64,000 bases of DNA from an uncultured Nitrospiraceae bacterium (GTDB taxonomy: Bacteria > Nitrospirota > Thermodesulfovibrionia > Thermodesulfovibrionales > Dissulfurispiraceae): NCBI GenBank assembly GCA_963727805.1, contig CAVSHF010000003.1, forward strand, positions 1,312,001 to 1,376,000, written 5' to 3'. Below, piece after piece: positions 10,197 through 20,947 of this stretch. The number at the start of each line of letters is the position of its first letter. Positions within the stretch are counted from its first letter, which is position 1. Below the pieces are notes generated by a model, which had not been told where the DNA came from, did no database searches, and was given only the letters and a program-made list of their open reading frames with translations. Position numbers and translations under genes: made by a program.

Positions 10197-10490
10197 TTAC
10201 ACCTTGCAAAAATCGTATCTACCAACTCCTTGAACCAGTAAATACTCGGCTTTAGCATTACCAATATTATTTACCCGATGTACCTGCATGGAATGGAGTT
10301 GTAAATGCTGACCAGGAAGAAGTTGCATCTTCTCATCGGGTTCTCTCCTTTCCACTTGCACTACTCCAGTTAAACAAACAAAGAAATCTACCACTTGCGT
10401 GTGAAAATGCCAATCTGTAGCAGTACCGTGGTCGAGTTCCATTATTCTAACCGATACATCATCTGTCTTCATAATTACACGATTAATCAT
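10197..10490 (-). CDS. Cupin domain protein
   Basis: WHFHTQVVDFFVCLTG ... VHRVNNIG; GGAGG RBS. Confidence 0.8.
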   Translation of the reverse strand: MINRVIMKTDDVSVRIMELDHGTATDWHFHTQVVDFFVCLTGVVQVERREPDEKMQLLPGQHLQLHSMQVHRVNNIGNAKAEYLLVQGVGRYDFCKV

Positions 10491-10722
10491 GCCTTTTTAC
10501 CTCCCGAGGATTATCTATCGTTGCGACCAAGTATCTATCTTAGTGACATGCATTTTTCTTTTTGGGCCCATTCAGAACAGTAACTGTATTTTATATCTCT
10601 CGATTCGCCCCAGATCGGGCTCATGGTAATTATTTGGTTCCAGACTTACAACCTCTGACAGCAGATGCAAAATGAGTGGCCAAGTTTCTGAATCGTTTTA
10701 AAGGGTCTCCCGCATAACGCTA

Positions 10723-12180
10723 TTACCATTTCCCGATTGTACTGGCCGGAGAGAAACTCGTGTCTTGTCTCCCATTTTCTAATTTGTCAGCCACGACTCC
10801 CCATCCCCCTCCCATCGCCTTGTACAAATTGATCATGGCTTGAAAGAGTGCTCCTTGCGTTTGCGCGTAACTGAGTTCAGCGTTGAAGAGGTTACGTTCA
10901 GCGTCAAGCACAGTGATGTAGCTGGTATATCCGTTATCATACCGGAGCCGTGCTACCCGAGCGTATGTGTGCAGTGCTCCAACTTGTCGCGCTTGAGCCG
11001 CAAGCTGTTCCCGGGTACGATCTTGGTCGACGAGAGCGTCCTCTACATCCCGGAAGGCATTCTGGATCGTCTGCTGATACTGAAGAAGCGTTTCCTCCCG
11101 AATAGCCTCGGCTGTCTGGACCTGTCCGGAGATCCTCCCACTCGTAAAAATTGGAACAGTTATAGGTGCGACCCAATTCCAAGCGCGTGCGGGGCCCGTG
11201 AAAAGACTCGATAGTTTGGTACTTTCCCCAGCGAACATGCCTGTCAGAGTAATATCAGGGAAATACTGAGACCTTGCGACGCCGATCTGCGCATTGGCAG
11301 CTATGAGATTTTGCTCGGCTTGGCATATGTCGGGCCTCTGTGCAAGAATGTCCGACGGAAGCCCTGCGGGGACGGAAGGCATGCCTAAAACATTTAAAGT
11401 TTTACCCCTTTCAATGGGTCCCGGATTGCGGCCAAGGAGTATGCTCAGGGCATCCTCCTGCTGTGCAATAGCCTTTTCTAAGGGAGGAATGGTTGCAGAT
11501 ACTTGTTCGTATTCAGACTCGGCCTGACTCAGTTCCAACTCAGAGACGTAACCTGCTCGGAAGCGGACTTGGAATATCCGGTATGATTCTTCGCGAGTTT
11601 TCGCGGTATTCCGGGCTATTTCCAACTGATGGTCCAGGTCGATCAGATTCACATAGGCGCTAGCAACGGATGTTACAAGCGTGAGGATAACGCCTCTTCG
11701 TCCCTCCTCATTACTCAGCACACTGGCAATTGCAGCCTCGGTTCCACGCCGAAGTTTACCCCAAAGGTCAATTTCCCAACTAGCCGATAATGACACCTGA
11801 TACTGATTGAAGGGGTTAGGGGTGCCTGCAGGCAGAGGAACCTGCCCGAGTGCAGAGGTTCGCTCACGCTGCACGCTGGTATTGCCGAAAACCTGAGGGA
11901 AAAGAGATGAACGGGCGAAGGTATACCTTCCCATGAACTCTTCCACACGGAAAGCTGCAATCTTGAGGTCCTTATTATTAGAGAGGGCAGTGCTGATCAG
12001 TTTGGTCAGCACCTGGTCATTGAATTGCTCCCACCATGCTGTGTTTGCAACGTCTTTTGCTTCCTTGTTCTCAAATCTCCATGCTTGAGGGATGTCGACC
12101 GAGGGGCGTTTGTAATTCGGACCGACCATGCAGCCGAAAAGAGTCAAGGCTACGAGCATAGTTAAGGCGACTCTTTGCAT
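10723..12180 (-). CDS. RND efflux outer-membrane lipoprotein (OprM/NodT family)
   Basis: Lipobox LFGC-MVGPNY, WEIDLWGK, RPDI, LYKAMGGGW. Confidence 0.93.
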   Translation of the reverse strand: MQRVALTMLVALTLFGCMVGPNYKRPSVDIPQAWRFENKEAKDVANTAWWEQFNDQVLTKLISTALSNNKDLKIAAFRVEEFMGRYTFARSSLFPQVFGNTSVQRERTSALGQVPLPAGTPNPFNQYQVSLSASWEIDLWGKLRRGTEAAIASVLSNEEGRRGVILTLVTSVASAYVNLIDLDHQLEIARNTAKTREESYRIFQVRFRAGYVSELELSQAESEYEQVSATIPPLEKAIAQQEDALSILLGRNPGPIERGKTLNVLGMPSVPAGLPSDILAQRPDICQAEQNLIAANAQIGVARSQYFPDITLTGMFAGESTKLSSLFTGPARAWNWVAPITVPIFTSGRISGQVQTAEAIREETLLQYQQTIQNAFRDVEDALVDQDRTREQLAAQARQVGALHTYARVARLRYDNGYTSYITVLDAERNLFNAELSYAQTQGALFQAMINLYKAMGGGWGVVADKLENGRQDTSFSPASTIGKW

Positions 12181-12181
12181 G

Positions 12182-15100
12182 TCAGTCGGTCTCCTTTGAG
12201 GACGGCTTTTCTTCTGTTGTCAATCCTTTCTGTTTGCCATGTTCGGCCGCAACCTTCGTTTTGCCCTTGCTGAATTTTTCAATGATGTAGAACATCATGG
12301 GGATCAGAAATATGGCAATGCATGTTGCAGCAAGCATGCCGCCGATAACACTAGTGCCCATTACCTCCCGGGCCTTAGCACCGGCGCCGCTAGCGATTGC
12401 AAGTGGCAGACAGCCGAATATGAATGCAAAGGAAGTCATCAAAATTGGACGCAATCGCAACCGAGCTCCCGTAAGAGCCGCCTCTTTGAGATCCTTGCCC
12501 TTTTCATATTCGTTCTTGGCAAATTCAACGATGAGGATCGCATTCTTCGCTGCAAGGCCAATTAGTACGACAAGGCCCACCTGCGCGTAAATGTTGAATT
12601 CCATCCCCCTGATCAGAAGAGCTGCGAATGCGCCAAACACGGCAATGGGAGTACCGAGTAACACGCTGAACGGTAATGACCAGCTCTCATAGAGAGCTGC
12701 CAGAATCAAAAATACAAACAAAAGAGAAAGCATAAAGACGGCCTCAGGCGACACTCCCTGCTGGGCGAGCTTCTCCTGAAACGACATCCCCAGGTAATCG
12801 AAGCCCATATCAGACGGCATGGTATTAGCGAAAACTTCTTCCAGAGCTTTCATCGCTTGTGATGATGTGTAGCCGGGAGCAGCCGTGGCATTGATTTGCG
12901 CAGATCGGAACAGATTATAGCGCATGGTAAATTCAGGTCCAGTGCGTCGTTCGATATGTGTCACCGCCGCAAGCGGCACAGGGTCGCCATTTGAGTTGCG
13001 AACATAGAACTGACCCACCTGCTTCACATCCTTCCGATAGTCTCCCTCGGCCTCTACGTAGACCTGCCATTGTCTACCGAAGCGGTTGAAGTAGTTTACA
13101 AATTGCCCCCCCATGAATGCCTGAAGAGTTCCATAGACTTGGCCGAGGTCTACGCCTTGACTTAGTACCTTATCACGGTCTACTTCCACAAAATACTGCG
13201 GAACGCTGGGCAGCAGTGAGGTACTTACTCGCCCCAATTCTGGTCGCTTTTGGGCTGCAGCAATGAACTTTTGAGTATTCTCGGCAAGAAAATTGATATC
13301 TTTACCGGCACGGTCTTCGAGGACAAAGGTCACCCCCCCTGCCGTACCGACCCCTTGAATGGCTGGCGGTGAAAAAGAGAACGCAAGTCCCTGCGGCAGT
13401 TGACTAAGCTCCCGGTTGAGCCGTGCCATGATGGCCGAGGATCTCTCTTCCGGACTCTTTCGCTTGTCCCATTCCTTGAGTGTGACGAAAAAAAAACCGC
13501 TATAAGTGTTTCGAACATAGCTTAATAGGCTAAACCCGGAAACCCCAACCAAGCCCTCTACCCCCGGGGTGTTCAAGATAATGTTCTCCACCTGATGACT
13601 TGCCTCCGTGGTGCGCTGCAGAGAAGAAGTATTTGGCAGTTGTAGGCCGGTATAGAGGTACCCCTGATCCTCTTCAGGAAGAAAGCCACCGGGTATTTGT
13701 TCCTTGAGCAGGAAGGCTCCAACAGCCATGACCACAAGAATGACAAATCCAATCGCTGCCTTGCGCATTACGAACGAAGATAAATTAATATAGCCTTCGG
13801 TAGTACGCTTGAATGTGCGGTTGAACCAGCGGTAAAACAAGCCCATTGGGCCGCGCACTTCTTTTTTTGGGCGGAGCAGGATCGAGCAAAGGGCTGGGCT
13901 AAGCGTCAAGGCATTGAAGGCGGAAAGAAGCATTGATATCGCGATAGTGACAGCGAACTGCTGGTAAAGCCGCCCCGTGATACCGGGGAGGAAGACAGTG
14001 GGAAGAAAAACAGATGCTAAGACAAGTGCTATGGCTGTAACCGGGCCAGCAACCTCCTCCATCGCCTTCACAGCCGATTCTTTTGGTGATAATCCTTCTT
14101 CAATGTGACGCTCCACCGACTCAACCACAACGATGGCATCGTCCACAACAAGTCCTATTGCCACAACCATCCCCATGAGGGCAATAGGATTAACCGAAAA
14201 ACCAAGCAGGGGGAAAAAGGCAAAGGTACCTATAAGCGAGACAGGCACAGCGATAGCAGGAATAAGCGTCGCTCGCCACCCCTGGAGGAATACGAAAACT
14301 ACGATGATCACCAAGATAAGAGCTATGATGAGGGTCTCAACAATCTCTTTAATACCAGCGGTAACTGGACGGGTCGTATCAAGGGCAATTGTGTACTCCA
14401 GATCGCTGGGAAAAGATTCCTTGAGCCGTGCCATCACTTTCTTGACACCCTCCGCCGCATCCAGAGCGTTTGTGCCAGGCAACTGGAAAAGCGCAAGGAT
14501 CCCTGACGGTTTGCCATTGAAGCGTCCCTGGATGTTGTAGTCTTGGGCGCCCAACTCAATTCGGGCGACATCTCTCAATCTTACAAGAGAGCCATCTGAG
14601 TTGGCGCGCAATACAATCCTTCCGAATTCTTCAGGTTCAACAAGGCGTCCTTGAGCCCGGACTGCATAGGTGAAATCTTGGCCCTGGGGAATAGGTTCGC
14701 CGCCTACTTGCCCGGCGGGGTTAACTGTATTCTGTTTTTGCACAGCGTCAATAATCTCTGGTATTGTGATACTAAGCTTTGCCAGGACATCCGGCCGCAC
14801 CCAGCATCTAATGGCATATTGCCCGGCCCCAAAGACTGTAACACTGGCGATTCCTTTAACTCGAGTCAGTTGATCGTTTATGTGGATATAGGCATAGTTG
14901 GCCAGGAAAGTTGAATCATAGGTTCCTTTGGGCGACGTCAGGGCAATGAGAATGAACGGTGCAGAGAGAGATTTCTGGACCGTCACTCCGAAATTTCGCA
15001 CATCGATCGGAAGCTGTGATTCTGCCTGTGCTTGACGCAGTTGAGCAAGGACCTGATCAGTGTTCGGGTCGGTCTTCACATCGAAGTTCACAATCAGCCG

Positions 15101-15364
15101 CATCAAGCCATTGTTTGGACTAAGCGAATACATGTAGTTCATATTGTCAACACCGCTCATTTGTTGCTCGATGGGGGTGGCCACAGATTGCTCAATTGTC
15201 AGCGCATCGGCACCAACGTAAGTTGTTTGGACAAGAATCTCTGGTGGGACAATATTGGGATATTGCGCTACCGGTAGCCTTGCCAAAGACACCAAGCCGA
15301 CAATGACCATGATTATCGCTATGACCATCGCCACAATTGGGCGTCTTATAAAGAAGCGGTACAT
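12182..15364 (-). CDS. RND efflux permease (HAE1, AcrB/MexB-like)
   Basis: FFIRRPI start, VVDDAIVV, AKNAILIVEF and RLRPILMTS proton-relay motifs; 1060 aa. Confidence 0.95.
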   Translation of the reverse strand: MYRFFIRRPIVAMVIAIIMVIVGLVSLARLPVAQYPNIVPPEILVQTTYVGADALTIEQSVATPIEQQMSGVDNMNYMYSLSPNNGLMRLIVNFDVKTDPNTDQVLAQLRQAQAESQLPIDVRNFGVTVQKSLSAPFILIALTSPKGTYDSTFLANYAYIHINDQLTRVKGIASVTVFGAGQYAIRCWVRPDVLAKLSITIPEIIDAVQKQNTVNPAGQVGGEPIPQGQDFTYAVRAQGRLVEPEEFGRIVLRANSDGSLVRLRDVARIELGAQDYNIQGRFNGKPSGILALFQLPGTNALDAAEGVKKVMARLKESFPSDLEYTIALDTTRPVTAGIKEIVETLIIALILVIIVVFVFLQGWRATLIPAIAVPVSLIGTFAFFPLLGFSVNPIALMGMVVAIGLVVDDAIVVVESVERHIEEGLSPKESAVKAMEEVAGPVTAIALVLASVFLPTVFLPGITGRLYQQFAVTIAISMLLSAFNALTLSPALCSILLRPKKEVRGPMGLFYRWFNRTFKRTTEGYINLSSFVMRKAAIGFVILVVMAVGAFLLKEQIPGGFLPEEDQGYLYTGLQLPNTSSLQRTTEASHQVENIILNTPGVEGLVGVSGFSLLSYVRNTYSGFFFVTLKEWDKRKSPEERSSAIMARLNRELSQLPQGLAFSFSPPAIQGVGTAGGVTFVLEDRAGKDINFLAENTQKFIAAAQKRPELGRVSTSLLPSVPQYFVEVDRDKVLSQGVDLGQVYGTLQAFMGGQFVNYFNRFGRQWQVYVEAEGDYRKDVKQVGQFYVRNSNGDPVPLAAVTHIERRTGPEFTMRYNLFRSAQINATAAPGYTSSQAMKALEEVFANTMPSDMGFDYLGMSFQEKLAQQGVSPEAVFMLSLLFVFLILAALYESWSLPFSVLLGTPIAVFGAFAALLIRGMEFNIYAQVGLVVLIGLAAKNAILIVEFAKNEYEKGKDLKEAALTGARLRLRPILMTSFAFIFGCLPLAIASGAGAKAREVMGTSVIGGMLAATCIAIFLIPMMFYIIEKFSKGKTKVAAEHGKQKGLTTEEKPSSKETD

Positions 15365-15385
15365 GATGAGTTATCGTCTCATTGA

Positions 15386-16588
15386 CTATGGGTTGGATTC
15401 AGGTTTTGGCGCGACGCCTTGGCCGGTTGTACTGTTTGGGGTAAACGGCTTTGGAGAGACTAATAAGCCCTGTTTCACCTTTTGGATCCCTTCTACTACA
15501 ACTCGCTCCCCTGGCTTCAACCCATCGTCGATTAGCCAAAGGGTCCCGAATCTATCTCCAGTCTTGACTGTCCGGATGTCTACTATGTTGTCAGATCCCA
15601 CTACCGCTACCTGCTGGCGTCCCTGAAGTTCAGTTACAGCCCGTTGTGGGATGAGGAGGGCTCCCTTATTTGTGCCGATCAAAACACGCACTCTCACAAA
15701 CTGCCCGGGCCGAAGTAAGTGGGCAGGGTTCGGAAAAAGTCCCGCCACTCGCTGCGTGCCCGTTCTAACATCTATCTGTCGACCGGCGGCATAAAATCTT
15801 CCTTTTTGCTGATAAATCGATCCATCCGCCAGGACTAGTTCTAGTTGCAGCTTTTTTGCATGTTCAAGACCTTCCGCCTGAGTCGAGAACCGTTTCATGA
15901 AATTGATGTACGCCTGTTCATTGACAGTATAGTAAACTTTGATCGGATCAACGGTAGAAACAACTGCCAACTCTCCTGCCTGAGAAGGGCCAACCAAATC
16001 CCCAACCTGTGCCCTGGCGATGCCAGCGATACCATAAATAGGAGAGGTTATTTTTGTAAATCCAAAGTCGAGCCGGGCTTTCTCTACAGCAGCTCGAGCA
16101 GCCGTGACCCCGGCAAGAGCTGACTGCTCCGCGCCAATGGCATCGTCCAAATCTTTCTTGCTAAGCGCGTTCTCAGCGGCCAGAGGCTTGACTCTAGTAA
16201 GATTTGCTCTGGCATTTTCATACTGAGCTTCTTGCTGGGCAAGGGTACCCTTTGCCTGATCCAATGCAGCTTGGAAAGGACGGGGGTCAATCTCAAACAT
16301 CACCTGTCCTTTGTTCACAATTTCGCCCTCGGTATAGTCCTGCTTGATCAAATATCCTGTCACCTGAGCTCTGATCGTAGCGTTGACAAAGCCGTCAGTG
16401 GTGCCAACCCACTCGTGAATGATCGGAACATCTTGCTGAAGGACTTCCATTACTTCCACAGTCGGAGGTGATGGTGCAGTTTTCTGCTCTTTTTTGCATC
16501 CAAGTAAAAATGAAAGACAAACACAATAGATAGCGACGAGAACAAATTTAGAAGGCAAGAAATCCTTTGTCCTTGATATCATTTCCAC
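15386..16588 (-). CDS. RND periplasmic adaptor (MFP) lipoprotein
   Basis: Lipobox LLGC, IRAQVTGYL, FEIDPRPFQA, LRPGQF, GLKPGERVVVEG. Confidence 0.93.
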   Translation of the reverse strand: MEMISRTKDFLPSKFVLVAIYCVCLSFLLGCKKEQKTAPSPPTVEVMEVLQQDVPIIHEWVGTTDGFVNATIRAQVTGYLIKQDYTEGEIVNKGQVMFEIDPRPFQAALDQAKGTLAQQEAQYENARANLTRVKPLAAENALSKKDLDDAIGAEQSALAGVTAARAAVEKARLDFGFTKITSPIYGIAGIARAQVGDLVGPSQAGELAVVSTVDPIKVYYTVNEQAYINFMKRFSTQAEGLEHAKKLQLELVLADGSIYQQKGRFYAAGRQIDVRTGTQRVAGLFPNPAHLLRPGQFVRVRVLIGTNKGALLIPQRAVTELQGRQQVAVVGSDNIVDIRTVKTGDRFGTLWLIDDGLKPGERVVVEGIQKVKQGLLVSPKPFTPNSTTGQGVAPKPESNP

Positions 16589-17280
16589 CTAGAAAAACCC
16601 CCTGCTTAATTTAGATAATAATAACGCAGGAATATATTGCTGCTGGTCTGTTTCCCATATCGCTTACTAAGAAACTATACATAAAATTCCATGCGACCGC
16701 AAGTCGAATCAAAGTTCTTATGAACTCGGCGAACCAGTGGAAATATCCCCAACTGTAGCTGACAAAAAACGAACGATCAACCGTGTCCTCGTTGATCAGA
16801 TATTGAGAGTTTAGTTCGCAGATATTCTTACATAGATCCGAAATGTGCTCTGCCTTTGATTCCCCAAAATGCTCTTCGTGGAAATAGGAATGTTAGTGGT
16901 TTAGTTTAACGCAAGATTGTGTAATTTATTACTTTAAGCTTTTATCCAAGCAAGTCTCAAGAGAAAAGCGAAATCAGAAAATGACTTCCCGAAATTAACA
17001 AAGATTATCCATAATCCGTGTCATCTCTCGTAGACTTCAGGGAGTGATTACCAGAAAAAAGTATTCTCTGATATCTCACTTTTTTGGGGGGGTGTAAAAT
17101 CGCAAATAAACACTTTTCCGACATGCCCGCAAGTGAATAGCTATAGGTGTAACAAACGGCCAGAGAGACTTGGTCGGTACACGTATTTCTCTGTGAAATT
17201 GACAATGGAGAACAAGACCTAATCGCTTTTTTGCCGTCTATAGGTCAAACCGTGTCAACGATACATATTGAGAATGTTAT

Positions 17281-17826
17281 CTACTTTTGCCATAGCGAGC
17301 GACGAAACTCCCATGGCGGAGCCGCATTTGAGTCTTGCCATAGCCCTAACCGTTGCTCACGAGCGTCTCTTTCAGCGCCCATATAATACCAATCATCAGG
17401 TCGTTTTAGATGTTGCCTATAGGCCCAAGCATATCCCAGTCTCACCATCTCGAGGTTCACATCCATGCCATTATTTTCGATTCGGCACACCTCTCTTTTA
17501 TACGTCTTAGCGCCTGTCAGAGTGACCTGAACGGTCTGTCCTAGGATCATTTTCTTAAGGGCAGTTGTTGCCTCTTCACCGTATGGCTGCCCAGGCTTCT
17601 TAAGACGGCCCTTTCTGGTATACTTTGGCGTCTCGGGAGCATCGATACCGTAAAGCCGGCATATGAAAAATGATCTATCCATGACCGGATTGATAACGAC
17701 AGTATCACCATCAGTCACTTTCATAACCTTACCGGTGATAGTTTTTTCCACGGCATGGGACGAAACAGTAAATAGTAAAAGCAGTAGAGGAACGAGGAGA
17801 ATATATATGGTCTTTATTCTATGCAT
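17281..17826 (-). CDS. Secreted thermonuclease (SNase) family protein
   Basis: Signal peptide, VTDGDT, RLYGIDAPE, QPYGEEA, NLEMVRLGYAW, GLW...PPWEFR. Confidence 0.9.
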   Translation of the reverse strand: MHRIKTIYILLVPLLLLLFTVSSHAVEKTITGKVMKVTDGDTVVINPVMDRSFFICRLYGIDAPETPKYTRKGRLKKPGQPYGEEATTALKKMILGQTVQVTLTGAKTYKREVCRIENNGMDVNLEMVRLGYAWAYRQHLKRPDDWYYMGAERDAREQRLGLWQDSNAAPPWEFRRSLWQK

Positions 17827-17955
17827 AGGAAATTATATCAGAAAATTACTATTACATTTTTGATAGGATTTTGATTTCAGGGAATCTTCCCCTCCTATGA
17901 CAGAAAACTGACAGAATCATGCAGGAAGAAAATCTTCGCCAATATTATGGCGTTA

Positions 17956-19050
17956 CTAAGTAGTGCATAAGTAAGGCCTCATTATGGTATACTAGTATGC
18001 ATGAATACCACTGATGGCAGGAAACTCAGACATGAGGTTTTAGAGGCGATTCGAATTAGGGCAGTCAAACAGGTTGAGGCAGGGGAGAGCCCTGAGGTGG
18101 TAATTAGGGCCTTGGGGATGAACCGACGCTGCATCTACAAATGGATAGCGAAATATCGAGAAGGTGGCGTAGAGGCGCTGAGGGCGAGGGTTCTTTCGGG
18201 GAGACCGTTAACGCTAACGGGAAGTCAACTGCGCTGGATATTCAGGACTGTTACGACAAAGAACCCTCTGCAATTGCAGTTTCCTTATGCCTTGTGGACG
18301 CGGGAAATGGTCAAAGAGTTGATTAAGAGAAAATACAGGATCAAGCTAAGTATCACCTCTGTCGGGAGACTCTTGAAGAAACTGGGGTTAAGCTGTCAGA
18401 AGCCTTTGATGAGGGCTTTTCAGCAAGACGGGGTTCTTGTGCAACAATGGGTTGAGCAGGATTATCCGAAGATCAGGGCAAAGGCAAAGAAGATTAAGGC
18501 AGAAATATATTTCGGAGACGAGGCAGGGATGCGGTCTGATTACCACCGTGGCACAACGTGGGGATTACGCGGAGATACCCCGATCATTGCAACGACAGGA
18601 GCCCGTTTTTCAATGAATATGCTGTCCGCCATTACAGCGAAAGGCAAAATACGGTTCATGACTCATACGGGAAAGATAAACGCAACGGTATTCTGTGAGT
18701 TTCTCAAGCGTCTGATGCACAATGTTGATAATAGCGTATTTCTGATTCTGGACAGTCATCCGGTGCACAGATCATCAATGGTTAAGAAGTTTGTGGAGAC
18801 ACTAAAGGGGAAATTGCAGCTGTTCTTTTTGCCACCGTACTCACCGGAACTCAACCCTGATGAGCTGGTATGGAATAGTGTTAAGCGGAGAGTGAGTCGT
18901 TCTTCGGTGAAAGGCCCAGATGATCTCGGGATGAAAGTTCGCGGCCACCTCCGGCTTCTGCAACGGAATCCAGAGAAAGTCTGTGCATTCTTTAAGGAGC
19001 CGAATGTTCGATATGCAGCTTAAACGGGGCTTTACTTATGGCCTCCTTAG
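17956..19050 (+). mobile_element. IS630-family insertion sequence, complete
   Basis: Terminal IRs CTAAGTAGTGCATAAGTAAGGCC and (revcomp) CTAAGGAGGCCATAAGTAAAGCC. TA duplication at 17954-55 and 19051-52. Confidence 0.92.
18001..19023 (+). CDS. IS630 family transposase
   Basis: HTH N-terminus; DDE catalytic motifs YFGDEAG, LILDSHPVH, LPPYSPELNPDE. Confidence 0.95.
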   Translation: MNTTDGRKLRHEVLEAIRIRAVKQVEAGESPEVVIRALGMNRRCIYKWIAKYREGGVEALRARVLSGRPLTLTGSQLRWIFRTVTTKNPLQLQFPYALWTREMVKELIKRKYRIKLSITSVGRLLKKLGLSCQKPLMRAFQQDGVLVQQWVEQDYPKIRAKAKKIKAEIYFGDEAGMRSDYHRGTTWGLRGDTPIIATTGARFSMNMLSAITAKGKIRFMTHTGKINATVFCEFLKRLMHNVDNSVFLILDSHPVHRSSMVKKFVETLKGKLQLFFLPPYSPELNPDELVWNSVKRRVSRSSVKGPDDLGMKVRGHLRLLQRNPEKVCAFFKEPNVRYAA

Positions 19051-19317
19051 TAACTCGATTCATCGCCTGCGGGAACATGAATCAACTGTAACAGCCGGCA
19101 AGAATGAATCGGGATGATTGGCAGGAATAATCCCGGCTATACATCGGTCAGGTCGTTATAGTCACATATGACAGGAAGACCTCTCGATCAAAGCCGATGA
19201 GGGTTCTTACCTTTGTGGATTGAGGACTCAAAAACCAGATATAAAATGATCTACGCCAGAGCGGAGATAGTTGTTTAATGAGGCAATGTTGATATATTTA
19301 TAAAAGAGGGGGTAGAC

Positions 19318-20358
19318 GTGAAGCCTCGTGTACACATAGCTATTATGATCGTCTCGGTTATTCTCTCCTGCGTTTTTGCTCATAATACCCTTTCCTATGC
19401 GGCAGACGCTGGCTATCATGTGATCAAAAGGCTGCAGCTCGGCGGAGAGGGCGGTTGGGACTACCTGACTGTGGATAGTGCATCAAGAAGACTATACATC
19501 TCTCGAAGCACTCATGTGATGGTTGTTGATATCGATACTAATACATTAATTGGCGACATCCCGGAAACACCAGGAGTGCATGGAATTGCGGTCGCACCAG
19601 AATTGAATCGCGGTTTTACAAGCAATGGCCGAATCAATACTTCTACTATTTTCGACCTAAAAACCCTAAAAATACTCGGACAAGTGAAAACAGGAACAAA
19701 TCCTGACGCAATCCTCTACGATCCGGCAACCAAACGAGTATTTACCTTTAATGGCCGCAGCAGGGACGCTACGGTGTTCGAAGCGATTTCAGGAGAGATT
19801 GCAGGGCGGATAGAGCTCGGTGGCAAGCCAGAATTTGCAGCGGCTGATAGTAAAGGCACGGTCTACGTGAATATTGAAGATACGAATGAGGTTGTCGAAA
19901 TTGACAGCCGAAAGCTCGCAGTGTTGAAGCGATTTTCACTCAAGCCTTGCGAAGAACCCACGGGAATGGGTCTTGACGTAGAGCATCATCGTGTTTTTTC
20001 TGGATGCCACAACAAGATTATGACTATTCTGGACGCAAAGGCGGGCACGGTGATTGCAACCATGCCAATTGGCGAAGGTGTTGATGGAAACGGCTTCGAT
20101 CCAGGGATGAAGCTGGCATTCAGCGCCAATGGGGATGGTACTCTGACAATCGTGGGCGAGCCTTCTCTCGGCAAGTTTGAGGTGGTCGCTACTGTTACTA
20201 CGCAGCGCGGAGCCCGAACAATGGCGATCGATCCCAAGACCCATTATATCTATTTGCCAACTGCAAAATTTTCTCCATTTCCTTCTTCAGTCGTTGGAGC
20301 GAGACCTCGCCCCGTGATGATCAAGGACAGCTTCGAGATTTTAGTAGTCGGAGAATAG
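19318..20358 (+). CDS. Secreted YncE/YVTN-type beta-propeller protein
   Basis: Signal peptide, GGEGGWDYLTVD, GVHGIA, NPDAILYD, GARTMAID repeats. Confidence 0.85.
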   Translation: MKPRVHIAIMIVSVILSCVFAHNTLSYAADAGYHVIKRLQLGGEGGWDYLTVDSASRRLYISRSTHVMVVDIDTNTLIGDIPETPGVHGIAVAPELNRGFTSNGRINTSTIFDLKTLKILGQVKTGTNPDAILYDPATKRVFTFNGRSRDATVFEAISGEIAGRIELGGKPEFAAADSKGTVYVNIEDTNEVVEIDSRKLAVLKRFSLKPCEEPTGMGLDVEHHRVFSGCHNKIMTILDAKAGTVIATMPIGEGVDGNGFDPGMKLAFSANGDGTLTIVGEPSLGKFEVVATVTTQRGARTMAIDPKTHYIYLPTAKFSPFPSSVVGARPRPVMIKDSFEILVVGE

Positions 20359-20537
20359 CATTTGTGTGAGAGTACTTTCGAATTATATATCGGCATACTG
20401 ATCCTTGCCAGGCAGAGACTCATTGTATCACACGGGAAGCATGAACAATCTATTGCGATATTGGTAGACAGGTCAGAGTTGAATGCCGATATGGACCAAA
20501 ATTAAATGCCTATTGACATGTATGATGGATACCCAAT

Positions 20538-20567
20538 TTGACGGAACTTAAGCGGATATGTTATCAT
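20538..20567 (+). promoter_or_regulatory. Sigma70-like promoter of the cold-shock gene
   Basis: TTGACG, 18 nt, TATCAT with an extended TGn. Confidence 0.55.
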
Positions 20568-20599
20568 ATAAAAACAGATTCAGAAGTATTTGCGATCGC

Positions 20600-20635
20600 A
20601 TAAGGGCACAAAGACTTTGAACTTTGTGCCCTTAT
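20600..20635 (+). promoter_or_regulatory. Perfect 14-bp hairpin in the csp 5' UTR
   Basis: ATAAGGGCACAAAG, 8-nt loop, CTTTGTGCCCTTAT. Confidence 0.6.
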
Positions 20636-20685
20636 TTAATCTAAACCTTCTGAAGTCTCAAATTAACCGATAGGAGAAACAAGAA

Positions 20686-20886
20686 ATGGCACAAGGGACT
20701 GTAAAATGGTTTAACGACAGCAAGGGGTTTGGTTTTATTACGGCCGATGACGGAACTGATGTTTTCGTGCACCACACATCCATCGAAGGCAGCGGATTTA
20801 AGAGCCTTGCCGAAGGAGATAAAGTCAGCTTTGATGTTGAAAAAGGACCGAAGGGCCCCAAGGCGATCAACGTAGTAAAACAATAA
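20686..20886 (+). CDS. cspA: Cold-shock protein (CspA family)
   Basis: [15 protein letters not shown] and DVFVHHT (RNP1/RNP2). Confidence 0.97.
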   Translation: MAQGTVKWFNDSKGFGFITADDGTDVFVHHTSIEGSGFKSLAEGDKVSFDVEKGPKGPKAINVVKQ

Positions 20887-20947
20887 TTTACCCGAAAGGC
20901 TCGTTTCTCATTTTTTTGATCGAATGGCCTTATTATTTGGAGTGAAA

